Below, in pieces: positions 39,701-54,700 of a DNA stretch of 64,000 nucleotides. Positions within the stretch are counted from its first letter, which is position 1; every line of letters begins with the position of its first letter. Source of the DNA: Pecten maximus. Taxonomy: Eukaryota. The notes under the pieces are model-generated. The model searched no databases. It was not told the origin of the DNA and saw nothing but the letters and a program-made list of their open reading frames with translations. The DNA is taken from assembly GCF_902652985.1 (NCBI RefSeq), contig NC_047024.1:3410001-3474000 (forward strand). The letters run 5' to 3'. Both the position numbers and the translations under genes were made by a program.

Positions 39701-42700
39701 CCATCTTCTGTATATATGTCGGGTATTAATATCGGACGGGATGAGTTAATCGCTGTTTTCCATAACCACGGATTCTGAGGCTAAAAAACGAAGATTGTCA
39801 GTTGAGCATTGATAGAAATTCCAAAGAGAAGGGAAATACCATCAAATCAGCCGGTCATTTCCTAGTAGACAATGATATATATTCTCCATTAGGACTGACA
39901 TTGAGGGAAGGCATTATGAAACAGCACGGGTGTTGTTAAACTGCAATTAAGGTTACGGTGGTAATCCATTGATGGTTAAATGGTTAAGAGTGACGTAATA
40001 GCGACAATTTGGATCTTGTAACTTAAGCAAAGCACACTTACAACATAATTAATAATTATAAATCTTTATCTGGCAAATTAAATCATAAAAAGCAACAGTT
40101 TGGACGAAATTGTTAGAAAGTAAATAAACAATATACAAATGTAATGAGAACAACAACAAGTTATAATGTGTACTTATTAGTTCTGTATTAGATTATTTGG
40201 TTTAGGTGGTAAAGCCAGTTATATTGTATGGTGATTCGAGAGTTAAAATGGCGTATTATGATTTGATCGTTATAATGACGTTTTGTGATTGGAAAGTTAC
40301 AATGACGTATGGTGATTGGAGAGTATAATGTTTGGTGATTGGAGAGTTAAAATGACGTATGGTGATTGGAGAGTTATAATGACGTATGGTGATTGGAGAG
40401 TTATAATGACGTATGGTGATTGGAGAGTTTTACTGACGTACGGTGATTGGAGAGTTATAATGACGTACGGTGATTGGAGAGTTATAATGACGTATGGTGA
40501 TTGGAGAGTTATAATGACGTATGGTGATTGGAGATTTATAATGACGTATGGTGATTGGAGAGTTATAATGTTTGGTGATTGGGAAGTTATAATTGACGTA
40601 CGGTGATTGGAGAGTTATAATGACGTGTGGTGATTGGAGAGTTATAATGACGTACGGTGATTGGAGAGAGTTATAATGACGTAATGATTAAACGGTATTT
40701 CTGATGAAATGTGATGGTTATGAATGTCGTATGAGGCAGGAGAATTGTGAACATGATATCAACGCATGTAGTTTTTTAATTTGCTAAACGTACCTACATT
40801 ATTTTACACACAATAACTACAGGTAGACCCCTCTACAGACCTATCTCACACCTACATGTATACCTTATGGTCTACGTTAGGAGGCTAAAACTATTGTCTC
40901 TAGTAGAACTAACACACAACTTTATGGCACAGTGTGGTCTCCCGTCTGTGTAAAAACAACGTCTTGTATTAATGTATTATTCAAACGAACGGTAGGACCG
41001 TGTGTTTTAGTACCGAGGATTGTACCTGTGTGTTATAGTATCGAGGATTGCACCTGTGTGTTATTGTAGATTACGATAACCTCGTGTGTAATACAGTACG
41101 GTGTGTACAGTAATACAAAACGGTACCTAGTTACACAGTAGAGTATAACTGTGTACAAATGTACCAATAATGTTTAATCACAAATTATATTCACATAGTA
41201 AAAATATGATATCTTGTCAAAACAAGTGCAATTTTCTTTCTCAGTGTTATTTTGAAAACAAGTGAATTATTTTGTTACTCATATACATATATATATATAT
41301 ATAACCGGTACAGTACAATGTTAAGTATAACGTTAATTAAATACATGTTAATCAAAATACATGTGCTTTTCAAAATATCCTCATGGCATGTCGTTTGTTG
41401 TTGTAGATCACGTGACAATGTTCGTCACGTGTCTGTTTTCCATAGATTCAGTGCACGTGATGACGAAATGTTAAGTGACGATTACATGACGATCTGGTGA
41501 CAACAAATGCGACAAGTGTTTGGTTATGTGGTATACTGTCATAATGACCCCCTCGATCAAAAATCATTTGAGGACAGAAATGGACCGATATATGATCATG
41601 ATGTGAAAAATGAAAGAAATGAAGAATGTATGAAACAAAAGAACATTTTCAACAAAATAATTTGTCGTCCTCAATAATAAAAGTAAATGTAAACATTTAA
41701 TGATAATATCCATGTAATAATGATTGTAAAACAAAATGTTTGAATTGGTATCAAGATCAGTCGGTATGAGGACAAGTGTGAAATGGGACAGTCAAATCAA
41801 TAGACTCCAAATAAGATGACATCAAGGAGCTGATTTCAATGAAATGATACAAATCATTTTACAATGATACAAAAAGTGATGACGTGAAGTGTAGAACACA
41901 ATAAATGATGACGAGAACATACCCGAGGTTCCGTGTGCTGTGGATCTTTGTATTTGTACCAGAAGAGGGTGTCGTTGCTGTAGGATATCCGGTACCGGGT
42001 GACCCAGTGTTGTTTTTTACTGTCCGCTCGTCCTTTGGTGATGATGCCCGTGATTAGGGTTGGCGGACCCACGTCTACTTGTAACCATTCGTTAGCTAAT
42101 AATAGAAAGTCGTAATTATCTCGTTAAATACTATAGATACACTGTACCCGGTACTATTCGTTAGCTAAAAATAGAAAGTCGTAATTATCTCGTTAAATAC
42201 TATAGATACACTGTACCCGGTACCAAAACAACAACAATACACCATATCATATCCTGTGTAAGCGGATCATATTAATAATTATTTCCTATATCTTCGTACA
42301 CATTATAACGTCATAAGTGATACGTGATGTAAATACATTGAACAAAAAGTCCTTCTACAAGTATTGATATGTAAATTAACATATCTACAGACAAGTCGGT
42401 GTTTACTGGGTACTCGGTCATAATATATACGACTGTAATGAAGAGTGCGAACCAACAAAAACGTATACAATTTTATACATAAAACTTTTCATTCACTTAG
42501 TTCTCCGGGTCTATAAATATTAGAAAAGTTTAAATCTGATGGAAATGGCTGTTGGTTAAGTGGTTCGTATATTGCAGGTGCGCAGTGATATGTAACAAGA
42601 TTTTAAACTGCTTATTTCCAGCTTGTTCATCCGCCTAATAATAGACTCCGTCGCCTCTCAATAGCCTTTACTATATCTTCGGTGTTCGACGATTTTGGAT

Positions 42701-45700
42701 TTAGCTGTATTTACATATTATATATTTATCTTCTTCCTCCTATCGCCTGTTTGACCTCTGACCTGTTTGTTTATGTATGCTATACATGTGTCGTGTCTGT
42801 ACCGAAATGCCCTCTGCGTTCGTGTGGATATTCATGCGCACACCTCTTGTTGAAAAAAAAATGCTATGTTTTATTCCCTGTTAAACAATGTCATCAGTAG
42901 AGGTAGATTTATAAAAACATGAACAAGGTTACAAAATGCGTGACACCAGGCATGCCCTTCACACATCAATAAGCATACTATCAACGGAACGTTAACCAAT
43001 TTAGTGCTCATTGTTGATGGGCACACTAGTTTCAATTACAGATCCGCGAACCAACACCATCTTGACATGTTGAGTTAGGTTGAGGACCAGTGTGTGTATT
43101 GTCTGCGATAGGCTGGAACCCTCTACCTGTGAAGATTGCCACGAATACTATATACAGTGAGAAGACAACAACATTCCTGAAAGACCTCATGCAAAAAAGC
43201 TGAGACCGGAGAGGAGATGCTTGGTTAGATAAGGCGTACAGCGTACAGATGGTTAGATGTCCAGCCATCATATGTCAATGCTTCATTGTCCGAGCCAACC
43301 AGATCACTACTAGATTCTATGATATCCTATCGCCTCAAAAAATAGTTCTCGTTCATTGGATCATGAAATCATTTTATTTTATAAAAAAAACTTAACGCGT
43401 AACGCACTAATGTACTAGATACCTTGACATTCACTCTATAAATTGATTCACTCATTAAATCAAAAGTGCGGATTAAAACGGAATTTTCTACTTCATTTCG
43501 TGCTGATCAAAGTTATAATTAAAACAGCTTGTTAAAGATCAATCATCATTAGTGTATGTTTATTATTGATAATCAGATTCAATAACAATTGTAATTAAAA
43601 GACCATAAACAATGGGATACGATCTTATCATAGCGAAAATTCGGTATTCAATAACCCCTCTGATAAACTTATTACTAAAATAGCAATCATCATTCCACAA
43701 AATCTTCCACAAGTCAACCCACTTCGTTAGGACAGACACGATGTCTACTGATGTAGTTTGGTGTGTGCGCTTTGTCCTACGATGCCTTTACAAGTTTTGT
43801 CTTGTGGTACCTGCTTGATTTGTGTGTTGTGTTACGTGTGTTGTGTTACTTGTGTTGTGTTATGTTGTTTTATGTGTGTTGTGTGTGTTGCGTTGTGTGC
43901 GTTGTGTTACGTGTGTTGTGTTGTGTTGTGTGTGTTGCGTTGTGTGCGTTGTGTTACGTGTGTTGTGTTATGTTGTTTTATGTGTGTTGTGTTGTATGTT
44001 GTGTTGTGTTGTGTGTGTTGTGATTTGTGTGTTGTGTTATGTGTTGTGTTGTATGTTGTGTTGTGTGTGTTGTGATTTGTGTGTTGTGTTATGTGTTATG
44101 TTATGTGTGTGTGTTGTGATTTGTGTGTTGTGTTATGTGTTATGTTATGTGTGTGTGTTGTGATTTGTGTGTTGTGTTATGTGTTGTGTTATATGTGTTG
44201 TGTTACGTGTGTTATGTGTTTTGTTTTGTAGCACCTGTTGTTGTATTTTATGATGTCGGTCTATTATCGTTTTAGTGAAACACTCACTGTTACTGTGCTT
44301 GGCACACCAGCCCTTGTTACTGAGAACGGTACCATCATCCGGCTGACAGGAACTTTTCCGACGGTTTTTCCCTGAGGAAGAGGCTGTGATCCGGCCGTAT
44401 GGCGGCAGACCTATATATTCCTTACACACTGCCAAAAGAGCGGACATATTTGAATGTGTTACTAGTCTTGTCAAATGAATTTGAATAGTCGCCTTATTAT
44501 TGAGATATAAGTATCAAAATTGATCGATATGAATAAAGGGCAGATGTATTTCAATAACATTTCCAATATATTCAATAAGAAATGTTCCAAAAAAATGTAG
44601 AAAAAAATATCGAAATTATTATATATTCATCTTGACCATCTGCAGATAATCACATATCTTACTATAATTAAAATTTGGGACTCACATTGACAGCCCTGGA
44701 CCTCAACGCGCATGCTCGGATGTCTGTGCCAGGCTACAGTGTGGAATTTGACATATCGAGCTAGGATTGGTCGGTCTAGATAGACGTGTTTTACGGAGTA
44801 GGCGTCCGTGTTTCCCTCCAATACCTGTAAATTCAACACTTTATGTTAGCAATGTCAATGATATGTAATACAGAACACATTTATCTAACACATTTATTCA
44901 GAGCTTATTATATTCTTCGTTGATGAATAATAGTGCATTAAATACACTAGCTTATTTCATTTGATATAATTTAAACACATGACACCTGGCCTGTTGCCAT
45001 GGAAACTTACCCTGTGGTTGCCGTATTGGTCGGTGACATACTCCTCATTATAATCGTCCATACTGTATGACACCTTAAATGACGTCACCCATTCCTTGCC
45101 GTCACCTCGACCTTGGACCATCACACCAGTTACCTGTAACACATCAAGACGAACTCCATCAAATATAGGTCACAGTGATCACAGTAAAAACATTCCACAG
45201 GAAAAGTCCTTCCATTGTCTCAATGTCTGCACTTAAACAAATATTCTGTCGTACTGTAAACCATAGTACTATCGTAAGTAGTAGTAAGGAGGTATTGGAG
45301 GTCATATTGATGAGGTTGGTTGATAAGTTGAAAGACCTTTTATTTTATTTATTTTTCTCTAAGATTCTCTTGTCATCCATACAACAATGTTATATTCCCC
45401 CTTAAGCACTAAGCAATGACACATATCCGCTTTAGCAAAGGTTTCGTTTTGCATCACTTACACGCTCTAGACCGTTACACTGAGCTTTTCTCGGTTTCTT
45501 TCCTTTGAATGTATAATTTCTAGTTCATCGTTTCATTTCCGATTTATGTTTTCCTATCAATCAGGTCCATCATTATACGTGTTTTTAGTTGTCTTTTTCC
45601 TTAAGGTTTTTGAGATTTTAACTGATTTCGATATTAGTTTCTTATTTTCGTTTTGTTTTGATTGGATCCCCGTCTTGCGTGTGGTGTGTGTTTTCCGTGT

Positions 45701-48700
45701 TTTATCAACTTTCCTTTGTGATATAAAAGAACGATATTTCTTTTTAGTTATTCACTCCCTCCCACCTGTAATTGGAGTTTGTTTTTAAGACTATTGAGTA
45801 TATTATTATCTATATTTACCTGCCCCAGATATCGTATTTCCTTAAAAGTTATATCTTGTTCTCGTTCATTGTCTCCTTTCGTACCATTTTTATCTCACCC
45901 CACCGTTCAGTATATAAAGTATAACAGTGTTACCATTTTATCTCGGGATTTGAAGCACTATTTTGTCCTTGGGCATATTAAAGGTGACCTTGATTATTAA
46001 GTTTTACTCCTCTTATTGTAAATCGATATTGTATTATTTCAAATCGATATTGTATTATTGTAAATCGATATTGTATTATTTCAAATCGATATTGTATTAT
46101 TTCAAATCGATATCGTATTATTTCAAATCGATATTGTATTATTCTATTACACTGTATTATTATAAATCAATACTGTATCATTGTTTTATTATAAATCGAT
46201 ATAATATTATTGGATTTTGTAGATACATCGTATATATTAATATTTATATGATAAAACAAAACTGTATGCATTGTTTAATCTTCATGTGTTATGTATACTA
46301 CCCGTCTAAGATTTGATATCTCATTATGTATGTGATCGGGATTATTTAACTCTGTACCTCATGTTAACTTAAGTAGCATATTCCAGTACACTACACCATT
46401 TAATCAATGCAAATGAATGAGATATGTCGGGACATGTTAGACTTTACAATACGGATACTTATTTATTGAACAGAATATACTCAGAGAATTTAAACACCGT
46501 ATAGGTGTCTAACTTTATTACTGAGCGCCCCGTCTCTTCACTGAACAATAACCGACGTAATTACTGGCTAGATTCTCTTATGCAATACCGTTTATACAAA
46601 ATGTTACTTTTAATATATCTACATTCTTCAGTGACATAACCTGAGACATTTGTTAATTAAGATATGTTCGTGTCAGTTAGTGTCACATGTAGACAGGGAG
46701 GTATAATTAGACAAACATTACAGACATAGAACATGTTTTATTCATTAAATATTCAATAATGAAAATATTAGTTCTTAATTATTTTTGTTTTTAGATTATA
46801 TAATAATGTAAAATATGTAGAACTTCATGCGAGTAATTTACTGACATCAGACAGAAATTTGTCAGCCTTTACACCTGGTTAAATATAATATTACATCCTA
46901 AAATTAAGTACTTCCTGCCAACAGCACAGGTGAGACGGATATATTACCAAATGGAATACGACATTTATATACATAATTCCAATTACTTAAGATATTCTTG
47001 TATAAATATTAAATTGGATAATAAAACTAATTCTCTGGACTAGGTGTGTAAAATACATTAAGAGTATCCCCTACACAGAATTATCAGATATGGATTGTTA
47101 ATAGACACTGAGTGTATATACCTTGTTGTGTACGGTGTAATTAGCTGTTACAAGTCTATTGTCTGTACCTATACCCGTCAATAAAGTCATCTGAGCGAGG
47201 ATGAATTATCCTCAGGGTAGCCTAAGTCTCACTGCTTGTGGAGTCCCCCCGTAATCTGAGGGCAATCTGGGCGGGACACGACAGCAGCGTAAGACTTGAA
47301 GGAATTTCGTGACATTTAAGTCCACCTCCGAGTCACGTCGTCTACTGATTGTATCAGGTTCCTAAAATCGCGTTCTGTTTTTGTCATCGAGGAAATCCCG
47401 ATCTAAAACTGTCTTTAATATTCTAGTGTCTCTCTTATTGTTAAGTGAACTATAATACATATCGACAACGTGTGTGATTCCTAGGAATGTTCATCATGTT
47501 TAGGTCATCCTTCCCATCTGTAGTCCTCGCTATAAGTCATAATGACAACCACGAACACTGGTATGGTTAGAACACAGCGTATTACACGAGACTGGTATGG
47601 TTAGAACACAGCGTATTACACGAGACTGGTATGGTTAGAACACAGCGTATTACACGAGACTGGTATGGTTAGAACACAGCGTATTACACGAGACTGGTAT
47701 GGTTAGAACACAGCGTATTACACGAGACTGGTATGGTTAGAACACAGCGTACTACACGAGACTGGTATGGTTAGAACACAGCGTATTACACGAGACTGGT
47801 ATGGTTAGAACACAGCGTACTACACGAGACTGGTATGGTTAGAACACAGCGTATTACACGAGACTGGTATGGTTAGAACACAGCGTATTACACGAGACTG
47901 GTATGGTTAGAACACAGCGTATTACACGAGACTGGTATGGTTAGAACACAGCGTATTACACGAGACTGGTATGGTTAGAACACAGCGTATTACACGAGAC
48001 TGGTATGGTTAGAACACAGCGTATTACACGAGACTGGTATGGTTAGAACACAGCGTATTACACGAGACTGGTATGGTTAGAACACAGCGTATTACACGAG
48101 ACTGGTATGGTTAGAACACAGCGTATTACACGAGACTGGTATGGTTAGAACACAGCGTATTACACGAGACTGGTATGGTTAGAACACAGCGTATTACACG
48201 AGACTGGTATGGTTAGAACACAGCGTATTACACGAGACTGGTATGGTTAGAACACAGCGTATTACACGAGACTGGTATGGTTAGAACACAGCGTATTACA
48301 CGAGACTGGTATGGTTAGAACACAGCGTATTACACGAGACTGGTATGGTTAGAACACAGCGTATTACACGAGACTGGTATGGTTAGAACACAGCGTATTA
48401 CACGAGACTGGTATGGTTAGAACACAGCGTATTACACGAGACTGGTATGGTTAGAACACAGCGTATTACACGAGACTGGTATGGTTAGAACACAGCGTAT
48501 TACACGAGACTGGTATGGTTAGAACACAGCGTATTACACGAGACTGGTATGGTTAGAACACAGCGTATTACACGAGACTGGTATGGTTAGAACACAGCGT
48601 ATTACACGAGACTGGGTCATTTTTCAGAAACACGAGACGTTAAAAGTGACTGGGTTAATCTATGTTTCACTTGTCAATTTTTTTAATTGTAATTTTCGCA

Positions 48701-51700
48701 TTATCTAAACATGTCAACTAGGTCCTTATAATGATGATTAAAATGTTATTACTCGTTTTTAAAGCACTAGCTTTCTACAGACATTTGTCATTTAGCATAA
48801 CGATTCCTACGGCAGTGTAGGCCTTGTCTATAATCATTACACCTGTCAAATAAACTCCCGTATGTTTTGTTGATCTGGGTAATTTTCCCCTAACTGACGA
48901 ATACACTTGTAATCCGTGCCAATAAATTGGGCGTCAAACTCAGCGGTTGTACTGCTTGGTAAATACAGGTAAATCTCGCCATTTATCGGTGGACTTTACA
49001 CTTAAACAGCATTACCTATACCGATAATGAATCTAGCATTTATTAGGGGAAAGTATTATTTAAATTCATATGATATTTATGTATGGAGTAAGCTATTAGA
49101 CACGAGATAACAACTCTGTAGTATAAATAGGTCTGTTTATATCGACTCCGCCGCCTTTTTGTCTATATCGCGGAACAGCCACAGGGAAAATAATCCTCGA
49201 CAAGGTGAAGATAGGCCGCGAAAATTATTGTTACCGTGCACGTGCAATAAATCATAATCAATGTTATACCGTAAATAATAGGACAGAGCGAGTGGTGTGG
49301 GAGTTCACTGTAAAAACTGTCGATATATTTGTTTAGAAGGAATTATATCAGGTACATGTAGATATTGTTATTCTAAAACGTTACACCGGTGTCACGTGAT
49401 TATTTACACCAATCATCAACCTTGACTGCGTCTGTATCAGAATATGTGGTTAATAACATTTTATTTCTGATAACCATCCGTCTAGTGATTATATTCTTTT
49501 CGTATACATTTTCAGTGAAAAGAAATCCCCCTATTGTTAAAAGTTAGACGCAATTTCACACCTTAACTATCTCGCTCCCGGCTGTACCGACTAGTACTTT
49601 GTTAAAATTTAAGATAATATATGCAGATATTTAGAGGATGATCTAGGAGAATGCTGGAACTTGCTGGAGGACAGGCATGCCGGACTAGTCCTGCCTCGTG
49701 ACTCTGCGTCCTCGTTTTTGTGTATCTTTTTTATTTTTTAAAAACCTCTTAGTAATCCGATGCAGGTATTGTCTAAGGAGAGACGAGGAGTGCTATTCTA
49801 TTTTTGTCCATGATAAAGTTTAAAGATATATCCACTAGATACAACCGTGATGTTTATATACCTCGCTGTTTCTAATTTGAATAATCAGGGTTGTGTTAGA
49901 CGTCTGATGAACCTCTGTGTCGTTAAATCTCACTTTATTTGCATTTTTACGACGCATCTATTTTCCCCCCTTTTTTCATACCTTTGGTTTTATGCTATGC
50001 AATACTAATGAAAAGCAGTTTATCATTTAACTCTCAAATAGAACCTCAATATTACGAAATCTGACCACTTTAACATTTAAATCTAAAACAAAACCTTAAT
50101 ATTGGAAACTCTGTCCACCTTATCATTTAACTCTAAAACAAAACCTCAATATTACGAACTCTGTCCAACTTATCATTTAACTCTAAAACAAAACCTCAAT
50201 ATTACGAACTCTGTCCAACTTATCATTTAACTCTCGAATAAAACCTCAATACTGCGAACTCCGGCGACAAACTTCAGTATTTTGAACACATAGGACAGCC
50301 CAGATGGCAGACCTCAGTATTACAACCCGGCTGACGAATGTCCGCGTTAATACGATATAGGAAATTGTCAACTAGTCATGTTTGATAAGCCAATATGTTT
50401 CCGTTTAGAACTAGAAAGAATGTCATCAATATGATAAAGGGCTGCAGTGTTTGGTCTACAATCTATCTAAACTACATAAAAGCCACATTTCTTGAAAGGT
50501 TGGTATTTACACCTCTGTACAGAGTTAATGGTAATTAGTAATTTGCGGGTTATCAGGAGGATTCACAAATGTCGCCCAGGATTACCCTTCGTAGTGGGTA
50601 AGATTTGGCACATGACCAAAGACTTGATTGTTGCTTAAGAGCTGCCACGTTCATTCCATCAACACTACTTGTCCCTCAAACATTAGTAAATATAACAGTA
50701 TCATCACTTGTTGAGGATTTCAGCACCAAACCTTCACGATGTCGGGGTGTTTTCGCTTGAAGCGTGATATACTGTTATACGAGTGTTCTGTACACTTTAT
50801 TGAGGATTACGTACCCCCATTAACATATACAACTGTTTTACAGACTTTTTTTTATCATATCTCTGAGGCTACCATACTTATTAAAGTCTTTTATGTACGT
50901 ATTTGGTTTTGTAAAATCGCTGACGTTTACAGACCTATATATTACGTGTGTGATAGCTGATATGCATGTAAAGTAGCACCGTATACGCTTGTTCACCTCT
51001 TAAACAGGGGAATGACATGCTGTACATTGGAATAAACTACTAAGGACTTTGTAAAGTATATATCAACAAGCATTTACATAACACCAAGTCTCTTTGATCA
51101 AGTGGAGTTGTGTTCTTTGTACTTACCCGGGCAGCTACTCCAAGGTCAATTTTCAGCCATTCGGAGGAGGATTTGTATTTTGCGCACCACCCGTACTTAT
51201 TTGGAAGGTACACACGAGCATATTTGACGTCACATTTTCTGTCCCAGGGTTTCGGGTACGTCGAGGAGGCAGTCACTTGCCAGTCCTTGATTTCCCCGGT
51301 TATCATACCAAGGGGACCGATTTTGGTACACACTAAAACACAGAGGAAGCATTCAACGTAAAACAGTGGTCTTGGATAACAGTTATTGTTTAAATAATCA
51401 ATAACTTCTCATCATGTATAATATCATTTATTTCAAATCTTGGTGTCGACGTAGATAATGCTTACGTAAACTGTAACTATATTTTAAACTTTTTCTACCA
51501 ACTGACAGCTACTAACACAACAGTCGATTGTTTATTTACTGTTCACGTGACTTGAAATGACCTTATTTTGAGTATTGCCTTTTGTGAGCTATTCATGTGG
51601 AGACTATCAGCTAACCTTGAGGGTAGAGACAATGTTGGTGCCAGGTAGAACGGACACTGGCCTCAGGTACCATAGTGACCACATAACTATCAGACGGAAT

Positions 51701-54700
51701 CTAATGATTACTCGGTCTTAATATTATCTTGATAACTCGGGGATACATTGATGGGTGTCAACAGTAGGCGGTCAAGTGGAAATAGTAATACAATATACAT
51801 TTTTTAGACACATAATTATACAAAAAAAAGCTGTTTATACTAAAAGCAGGAACAATAAATTTCATAAAAAAACAAATAATAAAATAAAAAGATATGAAAA
51901 TAATGATTAGCCTGTACCGTGGTATTCTTGTTCCTTATTTCACACCCGGAATTTATTTTTAACGATCCTTTTGCTATATGTCTGCCATTTTATTTTAAAC
52001 TAAATAAAAAATTGAGACAAACAATTCAGTTCAAAGAACACACGAGCAATGGGTTGGTTTTGGGAGAATTAAAAGTTCTACAGAAGCCCCGACTACATTT
52101 CTTTCTTTCTATTTCAGATAGAAATTAAACAAAACTAGTAGCAAATGTATTAAAAAGAATTGACCAATTAAAGAAAAAAAGTTAGATAATGAAATAATCA
52201 AACTGGTAATTCAACGTAGAACACAAGATCTCTACATCAATTCACTATTGCACTAGGTTTAGTATCGGAGTCGTAAGAACAGGTAAACATATGTTTCCAC
52301 TAGAGTGAAGAATTAAAAGACGACTTTAAAGTAATATGTAAGACTACACAAAAATATCCTATCACTAGATATGGTATTATCCCTCATTAGTGAGCGTGAC
52401 TCGTTCATTTCATGTCTCTGTTATCTTTTTAATGGCCCTCAGTGTAAACTCTTCCCCTGTAATAATACCACCCTCTCTTTACATCATCAGCTTTACTTAC
52501 CCCGCCAACAAAACTTATTTCTGGAACAGCTACATTCTATCTAACTCCTCAGTTTGCTGAACTAAATTCGGCAATAATGTTCAAACAACATTCTAAATGG
52601 ATGCACATGTCTGACGATGAAGGCGATGAAACATTAGGTATAGTTTTTAATCAGCTTGATTATATATATCGTGACAGTCACATTAAAAACCGATAAACAT
52701 GTATTAAGGGGATACCTGAATTTAACAAAACACGTTAAACTAGACAGGCGCTTATACTGTTGAAGTTTGGGGTTTATTTTCTGTTGTTTTCTATAATTAC
52801 AATTGACGTTTTTCGTTTTGCTATACATGTATATGCTATTTTTCATTTTCATTTTCGGTTTTGCCTGTAGATGATATTTACACCATTGACATTGAACTCT
52901 CTTTTCTGTTGCATTCTGTAGATAATATTTATACCATTGACGTTTTAAATTCATTTTTGTTTGTTTTCCTATTGATGATATTGACACCACTCACGTTTTT
53001 AAATACATTTTCGTTTGTTTTCTATAGATGATATTTATACCACTGACATTTTAAATTCATTTCCGTTTGTTCTCTATAGATGATATTTATACCACTGACA
53101 TTTTAAATTCATTTTTGTTTGTTTCTATAGATGATATTTATACTACTGACGTTTTTTAATGCATATTCTTCTGTTGTTTGCCTGTCCTTTTGCTAAATAT
53201 GATATTATTTACTTCGCATTTATTTTCTGTTATCTTGGAACAAATGATATTTTATTTTGCTTCAGATGATATTTAAACCATTGATGTCTGTGAAGCTATG
53301 GATTATGTTTAATGACAGTTGTATCTGTTTACCGTGGTATAACATTATTGGTCTTTATAACCGTATTGATGGTAGGACAGAATCTATTTTACTGAGTTCT
53401 GTTTGTTTTGGGAAGTTTATATATGAATCACTGTTATAGATTAATTTGTTTGGATAAAATGTTTAAATGTATGTCATACCATACAAAACATATCACATTT
53501 ATGTCAAATAGTAATAAGTTTGTTATGGCATTACATTTAATTACCAGTTGTTGACCAGATGGTTTAATATCATGTAATGTTTGTGTCATAAAATACCCCC
53601 AACAACTGAGCGGAAAGAATAAAATAAAAGCCACATAATCTGAGGTATAAGTCCGGTTGTTGTGTAGTGAAAGTACTATCTCTGATCTAGTGAATCCCTC
53701 CGATAAAGGTCATCCCGATATGGGGCCTATCAAATGTAAATGTCAAGATGTTTTAATTTACCAGTTGCGGCGCCCCCTGGGATTTAAGGTCGGCGAATTA
53801 GTGGGTATCAGAAGAAAATCTATCCTTTCTTGTTTACTAAGAGATAGTTTTTCTAATGTCATGATACGCTCTCCACATCACACAAACCAAACATTCCAGC
53901 ACTATCAATTGATGTAGTGGGCCCATCATACTACCCTAAGCCTCACTATAACTTTTGACCACGCGATACGTAACTCGTCCTCCAGGTACTGGGGATGCTA
54001 CCTGGTTACATGATTAATTAAATACCAATTGATAACTGTATCTGTATAATTGACCTTTATCACTGTCCATTATCACGTGGTTATGTCATGGTCATGTGAC
54101 ACTCAACCCAGTCTAAACGTGTTGATATGTCATTCAAATTGTATATAATGATAATGTACCATTTCCGCAGTGAACAATGATCTGTATTTGTCTTTGTCTT
54201 TGATGATTATCTTTAACATCATTTTCCTAACAATATTTTGTCGTTTGTCAACAATAAATTTAACCCTTCCACTTGATGTACGACAAATTTGAGTATGTGT
54301 TCCAGCTATTTAATGTCGGGATTTCTTATCCCATTATCAGCCCCAATATGATATATTTCGTATGAATTACACCACGTCATGATTTCAGTGTAATATGAAC
54401 CCCTAACCTTCATTTCAGTTTGTTTTTGTAGTAACCTGTCATGCCATTAATTATATAATAACCCTATATATCCTATGTGATTGTATTGTATCATGGTCAT
54501 AGTTGTGTCAAACGATACTCATCATACAGAGGTATATAACTAGATAATGTGTTTATCACTCCTTGGTTTATTTAGATATTATTCCAGGCGCGTTGATATG
54601 TATTCATGTATTTGGGTGTGCCTAAATTGTATATTATTTCAAAATGCCTTAAAAAACTTCCGAAATATTATACTTAAGAAATCGAATTTGATTGTAAATC

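Noticed and set aside
131-48615. CRISPR-like appearance of the regular repeats
   Set aside because: Units are contiguous with no unique spacers, there are no cas genes, and the context is eukaryotic.
52501-52610. Minus-strand gtaagt donors at 52500 and 57531 as extra coding exons in intron 1
   Set aside because: The required phase-1 frames hit stops close upstream, and exon 1 joins exon 2 cleanly without them.
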